From assembly GCA_030141605.1 (NCBI GenBank), contig JAQGDQ010000497.1, forward strand, positions 62,001 to 126,000: DNA of 64,000 nucleotides, read 5' to 3'. Numbering within the stretch: position 1 is the first letter of the stretch; the number at the start of each line of letters is the position of its first letter. The translations under genes and the position numbers were made by a program. Below, piece after piece: positions 1 through 10,985 of this stretch. Source of the stretch: Tubiluchus corallicola. Its lineage: Eukaryota; Animalia; Priapulida. The notes beneath the pieces are model-generated. The model did not search any database, was not told the DNA's origin, and saw only the letters and a list, made by a program, of their open reading frames with translations.

Positions 1-316
1 TATTGGAGGGGGATCGTGGGGGATCGCCGTCCACCCACTTTTTTTTAGAAAAAATTCACATTTCAATAAATGTCTGCTTTTTGTATTCATAAAAGTAAGC
101 ATTTTACATCTTTATAGTAAAAAATTTCTATGAACCAAAAATACCCAATTAACAAAATGTGACAAAAAGGGATCAATTTTGTTGACTGGGTATGGAGTAA
201 AATTAGACAAGTTGATAGTCGGCTTATATACGGGTTTTTGCAAAAACTGGCCATTTTAAAGCAGTTTTAGGGGGTCGGCTTATATGCGATGTAGGCTTAT
301 ATGCGAGTATATACGG
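1..316. mobile_element. Non-autonomous TA-flanked DNA transposon (Tc1/mariner-pogo-type MITE), right part
   Basis: Ends GGCTTATATGCGAGTATATACGG|TA. Near-identical to the right half of the complete copy at 48251-48636. Confidence 0.8.
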
Positions 317-335
317 TAGTTATTATTACTGTAAA

Positions 336-836
336 CAGGGAGAGCGCTTGGAAGTGTGGGGTCCAATTAAAACATTGTTAGCGCGGCCCTCTCTCACACA
401 AATGCTGCTGAACAGTATGACACTTTGGACATATTTAACGAACTACGGGACTTTATATTTCAAACTTTATGCTATAGAATCTGATTAACAGCACTCTTTC
501 TGTGTTGAGGGTTTGAATATCGTGCACAAATTAGTAAAATTAAAATGCAGTGATGCTATAACTAATGCATATAAGGCTTACCAATTGTACCGTTTTTAAA
601 AAGGTACATGACAACAATAAACTGAAATTACATAACAAATAAACAAATGAGTGGCAAAAACACATTGAAACATGGGTATACAGTGACAGAATGAATAGAT
701 TTCACTGCCTTCGTGCACGCTACACACTCATTAATTCATGATAGCATCCTCCGTCTGAGCATGTGCGCTGGGCCCCCTCTTGGCATGGGGCCTAATTTAA
801 ACAAATCTGGCTAAAATTAACTTAAAACAGGCCCTG
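336..836. mobile_element. hAT-like MITE
   Basis: Ends CAGGG...CCCTG. Flanked by a 7/8 matching 8-bp TSD (actgtaaa / actgtaag). Confidence 0.6.
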
Positions 837-1209
837 ACTGTAAGTTATATTATTTTGGTATGTATTAGTAATTAAAAAAATAAATAATTTTTATAACACT
901 TTCAAATATTTTATGTGATTTGTTTTAAACCAACAGTTTCAGGATATCATGCCTTTTTGTCATAACTGTAAAACTGAAAAAGGCAGATTTTCGAATATTT
1001 CTTTTGAAAGCTTGTTTCTTTCGGGACCATACAGTGGTGAAAATGACCATACAAATGTCACTAGCTATTACACCATAGTTAAGAGGCACAATTATAAAAT
1101 GCCTGCATATCCATTGCAGAAGACTGTATTTATGCATTATGCATTCTTTGTTTACAACTTCACACAAACGCCGTGCTAAATTCATGTCTTTGTTCTTTTT
1201 TATTTGCAG

Positions 1210-4200
1210 GATTTGAGATGGTTCACATGGATGAATATATAGATGAACTTCTACGAGAAGAAAGAATGTTAGATATTATTTTACCCAGGATTCAGGTGAG
1301 ATTGTCAAGGCCATTATATTATGATTTTGTGCAGCCTTGATGTTAACTGCTACAACCAGAAATTAATAACCATTGCGACTTATCCGGGTAATGACGAAAA
1401 ACCTTAATTTAAGCAGCGGAAATGCTAAATATTGTGATCCAAGTCGAAATTTGACCTAGCACCTCAGTGACACTTGCTGTGCCATTTGAGCAACCTAACT
1501 CAACTAGAGTGCAGGTCTCAACTTTCTTGATAAGCTATTTGTATTTAACTTCCAACTGTGATAATTAACAGTTAATTTCTGAATAATTAAGAAATCAGTC
1601 ATTTTTAAGCACGTTTCTGCTGTGTGACAGTAGAGCAAAAATTAATTGCATTTTTTTTCATTATTCAAGATTGCATTGGTACGTGTAACAAATAATAGTA
1701 AAACATTACATGTTTTCAAAAAGTGCTGTATTTTATTAAATTACATTTTTGTGCGATTACAGCTAGTTAACAAGGACTTACTATGAAAGATAAACTGGTA
1801 TTCTTGCATAGCATAACACTGTTGTTGTTGTTGTTGTTGTTGTTCGTCCTTCATAGTCGAAGAGGACCATGACTTCATTCTGACATCATAGGATGGGTAC
1901 GGAGGTGGCTTATAAGCCCGATTCTTGCTGAGAACCTCCTCCTGCAATGAGGACATGAGAATGGTGTATCTTGATAGGCATTGCGTTGTCTGTCTTTTCT
2001 CCTGCCTAACTTGGATGCGCCTGGACTCATAGTTGGTCACTCCCGATTTGATGAGGGACCGCCAACGAGATCTCTCCTGTGCCACATCTTCCCAGGAGTC
2101 GACATTGATGTTGCGTTCTTTCAGGCTGGCTTTGAGGGTGTCTTTGTATCTTTTCCGTTGCCCTCCAACTGACCAATTACTCCGGCATAGCATAACTACA
2201 TTACAATTAATTAATGATCCTACAAGCATTTAATCCAGGGAGCTCAGAGCAATTGATTTGATCGCTAATTCCATACACAGGGAACTATTAATTCATTTTG
2301 CACAAAAACTATCCTACGTAAATAATGTTTTCTTTTGTTGTTTCAGAAAAGACATGTCCTGGAAGAGGCTGAACAATTAGAGCCAAGGATCAGCGCTCTG
2401 GAAGAAGACTTGGAAGACATGGAGTCAGAGGATGAAGATGAAGGTGAAATAAGGGTAAGCGCTTGCATCTTACTTGTCAGTTTGTTTGTCCTTCTGTCTG
2501 TCTTTGTATGAATTCTGCAACTATTTGTCTTTTCACATTATTGAAAGTGTTGCGTAGTTGTGAGTAAACAAACATTTCTATGATTTTGGTTTAGAGAGCA
2601 TTGTTCAAATAACATCTAAAAAACAAATGTCTCTGTGCTTTTATCGAATAAGCTAACAAATCTAACATCTGGTTCTAGTTTCGCACAGTTTCCCACAGCA
2701 ACATGGTCAGCAAATATTAAGATGCAGAAATTACATGTTGCTACCCAAAAACGTGCAGTTCTCAGAAGGTATTTTATTGAATTACCCAGAACAAAATTCT
2801 CAAACTAATATATCATGTAAAGTATGACCATCCCACAAATATACTTTATTTGTCTGTTAAAACTCTTAAAGACAAAGAAATATGTGACATGTATTGTCTT
2901 CATTTCATGTATCAGTATCATAATTCACTACTTCCACCAGCTTTTCAGTCATACTTTAGTCCAGTTTCAAATCAACATGATCATTACACAAGATATTCAG
3001 TCAGAAACTATGTACTCCCCCTTCCAAAAACAAATATAATGAAACAATCATCAAAATATAATGCTATTAAAATATGGTCATCAATTCCGCATGAAATGAA
3101 AACTGTTAATCTGTATCAATTTAAAAAAGCATCAAAGAATTACCTACTACAACGGTATAATTAACTCACAATTTTACTCATCCTGATCTTAAGTTACTAA
3201 CAAAACTTACTTTGTTCTAATGTACGTTATAACTGATGAGAATGTAATGTTAATTGTCAATTGTTTCACTTATCTGGAGGAGGACTCGAAAGCTCAATGC
3301 TCCTTCCTCCTCCTCACAGTAACTAGTTTTTTTTCAATGTTATATCAATTTATATGTATGTTTGAGTTGCTGTGGAATAAATTCATAATTCATAATAATT
3401 CATATTCCTGCTACCAGCTGAAAATTCCAATTTTATTGTGAGTTTTTATTACTTTTAATTAACTAGATTTGCGCAAAACCTTGTCTGTTTTGCTGTTAGT
3501 TAATGAAAGACGTTTCTCTTTATGATTTCACAGGATGTTAGAACGAGCCCCGTGCGTACGGAGAGAGGAGCTTACCGAGACTGGGATCGTCCGCGGCGTT
3601 CACCTTCTCCGCGATTCCGGCGATCACCTCCGAGGATGGAAAGAACGTAAGTTTAAGATTATCCGCATCGGCGAAAGAAGTTAATGTCAACTTGATGAAA
3701 ATGCAATATGTGTATAGGTCAAAGTATCTAGTTAATCTTAAATTTTTATTTTTGTATGTGGCGAAAGCAAAACGGTGGATATTAAGATACAAACCTACAA
3801 TTAGTTAAATTTTAATGCAAAGCGTGAAAGACAGGAAATGTGAAAAATTTAGAATGCAGCCTGGATTTGAACCACGGACTTTTTACTTTGGATCTTGGTA
3901 ATCAGCAACCAGGCACTTTAATAATAATAATAAAGTCTACCTGAGTACTAGTTGGCATCACTGTATGAAAAGGAAATACCTGAGTACTAGTTGGCATCAC
4001 TGTAGGAAAAGGAAATACCTGAGTACAGTTGGCATCACTGTAGGAAAAGGAAATACCTGAGTACAGTTGGCATCACTGTAGGAAAAGGAAATACCTGAGT
4101 ACAGTTGGCATCACTGTAGGAAAAGGAAATACCTGAGTACAGTTGGCATCACTGTAGGAAAAGGAAATACCTGAGTACAGTTGGCATCACTGTAGGAAAA

Positions 4201-7200
4201 GGAAATACCTGAGTACAGTTGGCATCACTGTAGGAAAATGAAATACCTGAGTACAGTTGGCATCACTGTAGGAAAAGGAAATACCTGAGTACAGTTGACA
4301 TCACTGTAGGAAAAGGAAATACCTGAGTACAGTTGGCATCACTGTAGGAAAATGAAATACCTGAGTACAGTTGGCATCACTGTAGGAAAAGGAAATACCT
4401 GAGTACAGTTGGCATCACTGTAGGAAAAGGAAATACCTGAGTACAGTTGGCATCACTGTAGGAAAAGGAAATACCTGAGTACAGTTGGCATCACTGTAGG
4501 AAAATGAAATACCTGAGTACCGTAGGCATCACTGTAGGAAAAGGAAATACCTGAGTACAGTTGGCATCACTGTAGGAAAAGGAAATACCTGAGTACAGTT
4601 GACATCACTGTAGGAAAAGGAAATACCTGAGTACAGTTGGCATCACTGTAGGAAAATGAAATACCTGAGTACAGTTGGCATCACTGTAGGAAAAGGAAAT
4701 ACCTGAGTACAGTTGGCATCACTGTAGGAAAAGGAAATACCTGAGTACAGTTGGCATCACTGTAGGAAAATGAAATACCTGAGTACAGTTGGCATCACTG
4801 TAGGAAAAGGAAATACCTGAGTACAGTTGGCATCACTGTAGGAAAAGGAAATACCTGAGTACAGTTGGCATCACTGTAGGAAAAGGAAATACCTGAGTAC
4901 AGTTGGCATCCCTGTAGGAAAAGGAAATACCTGAGTACAGTTGGCATCACTGTAGGAAAAGGAAATACCTGAGTACAGTTGGCATCACTGTAGGAAAAGG
5001 AAATACCTGAGTACAGTTGGCATCATTGTAGGAAAAGGAAATACCTGAGTGTCACGTGTATCTCATGACGAAAGTTAAGCAACGACGACACTGGGTAATA
5101 AATAGATGGTTGTCCTGCCAGAAACTTTTTCTGGGTGGTTTCATTTGGTCTGCCGCTAGCTCTTACCTAAAGTGTTATCTCTTAAACTAAATGACCATCG
5201 TATTATCGAATTTTGTTTACGATACAGGCGAAGATCTCCTCCCAGACGACGAAGCAGAAGTAGGGAAAGACAGCGAGAGCACCGACACCGGAACAGATCC
5301 CGCGAACGGCGGCACCGTTCAACCTCGCGTGACCGCCGGTCAGCGCGCGATGATGAAAGGTATAACTTTAAACAAATTACAGCATCTACCTCTCTTTTAA
5401 CAAAAATTGTGAAGCGAACCAAAGTACTGTTGAAGTTTGAATGACAATTATCTCAATGTACTAATAACAAACTTCTTTTAGTTGCAAGTATTTAACATTA
5501 CACAGGTTCTGGAACTAACAAAAATGTCGTGTAAATATAGTGCTGTTAGCTATGCAAGCTTGACTAACCATGCTCACTTAACATCAGATCAGTCTACTAT
5601 GTAAATAAACTGAAAGTGAAAGAAATGTACTAAAAAGAAATAGAAAAAAGAACTGTAGTATTACTGTGGCTTTTACTAAGTTTAGGTTGCAAATTTGCCT
5701 TATGCCCTGTTATGGAGATCGCTGGCGTCTATTAGAATTACATAGAACATTGTAGAATGTTCCGTTAGAATAATCGTCTTACCGTGTGGAATGTTCTGCA
5801 ACAAAACTTCTAGAAGCTTCTTGGGCGCGCTATATAAGGCGAAGCAGGCCGCTGAGACGGGGGCACACAGATTCACACGGATGCTACTTACACGTTCTCT
5901 TATATACATACACTCAAACGTTTTTCAGATTTTCACGTTTACTGTAATCATTTCACGTTCCTTCATACATTTGCATTGTAGAATTCTCGCTTAGTAAACT
6001 AGTTTAATTTGATGAAGTGTTTTCTGGTTTTCTCTATGAGCCTTCCGAGAGAAACAAAACGCAACATGCCCAACTTGGCAAAAGAAACTGTCATACTTAA
6101 CTTGGCTATATAATCTTGTTCAGTTTTACTAACATACAAATGTATATATTTTTATGCTTAATAAATAATAAGCAACGGCAAGCCATTTATCCTGTACTGG
6201 TTTTCTTGCTCCTATATTTTTTTACTTTTTTTACCATAGTTGTAGAGAAGGAAAGAATCCTTTTTAGCAATGTCTCATGCTATAGTAACTTCTCATTTCC
6301 CCAAGTTTGAAAGTGGAAATTATTGAAGTCAGTAAGGACGGTCCTTCCATTGTTTTGCTTTAACAGTACCTTGTGTTTTGCCACTGTAGGAATATTAGGC
6401 TCAGGTAATAATTCTGGTACCCATTTTTCGGTCGTTTTTTGCAAAAGTTATACGCCTGAGATCTGAAGAACGGGAACGGGCCGAGGGCGGTGCTGGCTAT
6501 GGATAGATAGCCCATTCAGCGGTGTGTGTCATAGGCATATTTACAATTTGCGAGAGGGCCACGGCGTTTTCACAGACCCTACTCGCGATTTTTTCGAAAT
6601 TTTGACCAAACAGCCTGCGGAAAAAACGTTCTAGCGGCGCCTGGTGGGACTCTCGGAAGGAGATATACGGCTCTTTAGAACGAGGAAGAACGGGGCTACA
6701 CGATGATGTGGGCTATATTTTAAGTCACGTCCACCAACAGGAGTATCGACGAGTTAATTAGATGTTCTATTTTTGACAATTTTCCCTTGGAAAACTGCTG
6801 ACACAACGCCATTGTTGTGACGTCATTCATTATTTTCTGCCTATATAGCTTTAATTCAGTAAAAGCTGCTGCTGCTGGCTATGCATTATAAGTGAAGACT
6901 GTGTAGGATGTTCGCGTATTATTGATGATCAGCGTATTTTTTTGCGGGGCCTTTGCTAGTAAACGATTAATTCTGACCAGAAATCAAATTTCGGAAAGCA
7001 ATTTTCTGAGCAATTGTTTAGGCTAACGTTTGTACAAATTATGTTCAGGAGAATGACAAATGCATATATTGTGCCACATTTCAGAAGGAAAGCCAAAAAA
7101 GCTCGCAGAGAAAAAGAGAAGGCAAGAGGGGGTGGTGAAGACCTTGACAGAGAAATACAAGAAGCGAACGAACTTCGGGCAAAGTTGGGAATGGCGCCGC

Positions 7201-7208
7201 TACGGTAG
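1210..7208 (+). CDS. PRPF38A: Pre-mRNA splicing factor 38A, 3' part (5' exons lie upstream of the window)
   Basis: GT-AG exons 1210-1295, 2347-2454, 3534-3646, 5228-5359, 7085-7208 join in frame. Peptides: FEMVHMDEYIDELLREERMLDIILPRIQ / KRHVLEEAEQLEPRISALEEDLEDMESEDE (Prp38 core), an RS-rich region, and C-terminal EIQEANELRAKLGMAPLR*. Confidence 0.93.
1820..2185 (-). mobile_element. 5'-truncated RTE-like LINE 3' end with (CAA)n tail
   Basis: ORF piece GGQRKRYKDTLKASLK...WEDVAQERSRWRSLIKSGV is typical of the RTE ORF C-terminus. A frameshifted zinc-finger-like tail follows, then a microsatellite tail at 1820-1845. Confidence 0.8.
2700..3400 (+). mobile_element. Truncated LINE (CR1/L2-like) 3' end
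   Basis: ORF remnant FMYQYHNSLLPPAF...HDHYTR...IKIWSSIP...FKK, typical of a LINE ORF2 C-terminus. Followed by AATAAA and a (ttcataa)n tail. Confidence 0.7.
3938..5050. repeat. Minisatellite, 38-bp unit, ~29 copies, in a PRPF38A intron
   Basis: Unit GGAAATACCTGAGTACAGTTGGCATCACTGTAGGAAAA, nearly invariant. Confidence 0.97.
5063..5125 (+). repeat. 5S rRNA-derived SINE-like remnant
   Basis: aagttaagcaac...ctgggtaataaatagatgg resembles the 5S internal control region. Similar pieces lie at ~9640-9690 and ~37462-37530. Confidence 0.4.
6421..6959 (+). mobile_element. Non-autonomous Helitron-like element, 3' part
   Basis: Ends ...GCGGGGCCTTTGCTAG|T. Reverse-complement similar to 20719-21315 and 17485-17919. 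Confidence 0.6.
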
Positions 7209-8072
7209 TGACACCCAGCAGCAACTCAGGTCCATGAGTTTTTGTAAAATATTGTACAAAGTTGAGACGTGTGTTTTCTTTCTGTTCTGAAATTTCTCCT
7301 GATTTGATTTTTCTTATTTCTTTGTATCCTCGGGTCATTTAAAAAAAACATAAAAAAGACCCTCTGCTTGTAAATATTTTTTATATTTGGATGTTATAAA
7401 CAGACAAGATTTGATTGTTTGTTTTACATGCTTAGTTTCTCATGCGTCTTGTTAAAAGTGGTACCTTTTTCTTTTTGCGATTTGGAATTCCACAAAAAAT
7501 CTACCCTGTATGATAAATGGCATATTAGAACACTAAAAGATATTAGTTAGTGCCTTGTATTGGCTGATTTTAGTCGCACAATAAAAAAAATTGTAAGTAA
7601 ATTCTGGTTGTTCGATTTTTGTGACCCAATTTTTTTCATCCAGCTAGAGTCATGACTACAGTTACGTGACAAAAATGGTCAGTATTCCACAGTTACTGTA
7701 TTTTAGTCATTTAGGACTCATCTGAATAAGCACTCGAGTAAGGGTGTGATAGGAAAAGTAATATGTACCCGGGTTTGAATGCACGCCTGGGTGTAGAATG
7801 TAGGTTGGTGCGTTCAAAAATACTATGCATCAGTTCTCACACGCGGAATTTTACTGTAGCTCATTCTGTAATCAGATTAACATACTACGTGTTTCTTAAA
7901 TGCCGTAATATGCCTCTGCTAATGTAAAGAAATTGTTCTAGGATGGATTTGCTGGTTACTTTTCTGATTGTTTTGTGCTACTGACAGATAGCTGGGAAAG
8001 CGTGCATTGCATTGCATGTACATCTTGCTCTCAGGCTTGATATAGGCTTCAACAAGATCATATTTGAGTTAA

Positions 8073-8528
8073 CCCTTTCATACCCGTTGTATCCCGTGGG
8101 ATACGAGAATATTTTCTGTGTTTCAAATTAATAAAATTTTAAAACTGACAGTTATTTGATCTGTTAATAGTTATTTTGATTTAAGCCAATAAGAATAAAC
8201 GAAAAATGGTGATAAAATGGCAAACTAGAAAATCTACATAGCATAAAAAACTGCGCAAGGTACAGTACTTTAGAGATGACTTTGTACAGATCAGCGTAGC
8301 GTGCATACTAAATGTTTTAAATACTTTAAAAAATTATCAGCAGTTGCAATATGAAGGACATTTTATGCTTCCATTGAATCTCAATGTATCCTGTGGGACA
8401 CAGGCTATATTTAGCACGCGGACACAGGTAGAAAAAAATATTATGTGTAAACAAGATTGACATACTGAACAAAAGTACCGAGCCAAAAAAAATTTTCTTA
8501 TTAAAAAAATAATATGGGACTGAAAGGG
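8073..8528. mobile_element. piggyBac-like MITE
   Basis: TTAA|CCCTTTCA...TGAAAGGG|TTAA. A second, inverted copy lies at 15631-16088. Confidence 0.88.
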
Positions 8529-8574
8529 TTAAAAGCAACAATGCGCTCACACTTGAATAAGTGCTCATTCAAAT

Positions 8575-9075
8575 ATGGGTCCAGTAGTTAGAAAGACTGA
8601 TAAAACAAGGGACCATGGTCCAGTAGTTAGAAAGACTGATAAAACAAGGGCCCATGGTCCAGTAGTTAGAAAGACTGATAAAACAAGGGACCATGGTCCA
8701 GTAGTTAGAAAGACTGATAAAACAAGGGCCCATGGTCCAGTAGTTAGAAGACTGATAAAACAAGGGCCCATGGTCCAGTAGTTAGTAAGACTGATAAAAC
8801 AAGGGCCCATGGTCCAGTAGTTAGTAAGACTGATAAAACAAGGGCCCATGGTCCAGTAGTTAGTAAGACTGATAAAACAAGGGCCCATGGTCCAGTAGTT
8901 AGAAAGACTGATAAAACAAGGGACCATGGTCCAGTAGTTAGAAGACTGATAAAACAAGGGCCCATGGTCCAGTAGTTAGTAAGACTGATAAAACAAGGGA
9001 CCATGGTCCAGTAGTTAGTAAGACTGATAAAACAAGGGCCCATGGTCCAGTAGTTAGTAAGGCTGATAAAATAAG
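8575..9075. repeat. Minisatellite, 39-bp unit, ~13 copies (intergenic)
   Basis: Unit GGTCCAGTAGTTAG(A/T)AAGACTGATAAAACAAGGG(C/A)CCAT. Confidence 0.97.
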
Positions 9076-10985
9076 AGCCCCGGGCCTAAAACCAGTATGC
9101 AACTTTTACAGCAGCATTTTCAGAATGACTTTCACTCTTTCAGAAAAAACTCAGACATAAATAAATTGTTTTCTTCTGTCTTGCAACATTTTTGTAGGAA
9201 GTTAGCTGAATAAAAGTCGTTAGTGTGTCATCGTCCTTGCTATAAATGAATTTTGTGTTGTAATGCTGATCTGAATATTCGACTGTCATGTTTATGGTAA
9301 AGATGGTATAACGTGGTAATACACTTGTTTTGCGAGTAAAATTTCGAAATCGAACAAAGCATTTGAGAGGTAATAGCTGAGTGGTCAGGGTGTGTGCTTA
9401 GTAATATGTAAGGAGGTGTTCATGTACTTTACACTATCAGAAAAAGATAACGCATTTAATATTTCAGTGCATAAGTGATAAAAGCTTCAATGATTCAAAA
9501 TAATGAAAATTTTGTATACAGTATCTGTATCTCCTCCAGAGATGATGAAAAAACTGACAACAGTTTTGAACCAGTAATTAATGCTAAATCTATCAAAATT
9601 TCCATTTCTGCTGCAAGGTTAACTGGTCACAGTACATGCTCAGTGAAGTAAAGCAACACTGCGCCTAACCAATAAATGGATGGTTTCTGCACTGTTTTAT
9701 TTCCCAGCTAAATGCCAGTATCAGTTTAGCGCCTTGTGACGTTCTTCCAGATATGTCCAAAATTGAGTTTACCGTCGTTTATCATATAGCATTTTCTTAC
9801 TGTATCATCTTATGTTGTATCAATAAATTCCTACTCAGCTCCACATATAAATAACTGTTAATGTACTTCATTTGCTCTGTTATATTGCTTCTCATATTGT
9901 GTAATGAATTTGATAAAAAGCAAGAAACAAATTTTAATGTCAATGATACTAAAACACATTTTATTAGAATACAAGAGTTAGGATTTCATACACAAAGTGA
10001 AAAAAGTTGGTTTTCCTGTGACGACACAAAAACAATGTTAATTAATCAAATTATCAATTTTAAATAAACCTGATAGTATCTTCACAAGCGACGTGTGTTG
10101 AACTAATTACATACTGACATACATCATTCATCTGAAATTAATATTAACACCAACGTAGGTGAAAATTGTCTAGTCATGATTAAATTATTCAATGTCAATC
10201 CGTAACCAACTGTTAAAGTAGTGCATCACCTGTGCATGTTACAAAGTAAAATGTGAAATATAAGACAATAATAACGCCGACACCTTTCCAAGGCATTTCT
10301 GACATATTTTACATAATTGTTATTAGTATTTCACCATGCGTATATACAAAAAACTCACACGTATCTAGGGCTATGTATAGCTAAGCTCTACTAAAGTGGA
10401 GAATTCTCCCATTAGCAAAGAAACACGATAAAACCATACGAAATCAAGTTATGAAGACAAGTGATTCATTGGTTACACTTGGCCAAGTTTAAATATGTGT
10501 CTGTTTACAAAAGCAAAACAAAGCACCCTAACAGTCCATTGCATAACGTGCATCTGAACTGCGCATATTTAAAAAAGCAAGCTCAAAATATTAGCAAAAC
10601 TTTGTGCAAACTACAACACTATATTATTGTTAGTAATGAAATGTAATACATGATAAGACATAACATATCAATGTTTGTTTGTCGCTCTTGTCAATGACAA
10701 GCTGCATACAATTCGCTAGACGGTGCGAGGCGCTACCTAACACCATATATATGACTACCTTTAATGGTTAACAAGTGATTTTATCAAGTGCACTAAAATT
10801 AAATAACAATAATATCTATAATAAGGTTTCTTTTTAATTAAGTGTAATAAACTGGTCGTACAAATTCACAACGCTACAGTAACTATCCCAGCGACGCAGT
10901 TTAGACGGCCCTGCCGTGATGATTTTAATATGGGTGCGTGAGTTCCCCAATTTCAACAATATAACTGAGAAAAGATGCGCATTTC

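Noticed and set aside
8565-9043. Repetitive ORFs (NYWTMGPCFISL etc.)
   Set aside because: Translations of the 39-bp minisatellite in several frames and strands.
3938-9075. 38- and 39-bp palindromic repeats as CRISPR arrays
   Set aside because: Units are head-to-tail with no unique spacers, there are no cas genes, and the context is eukaryotic.
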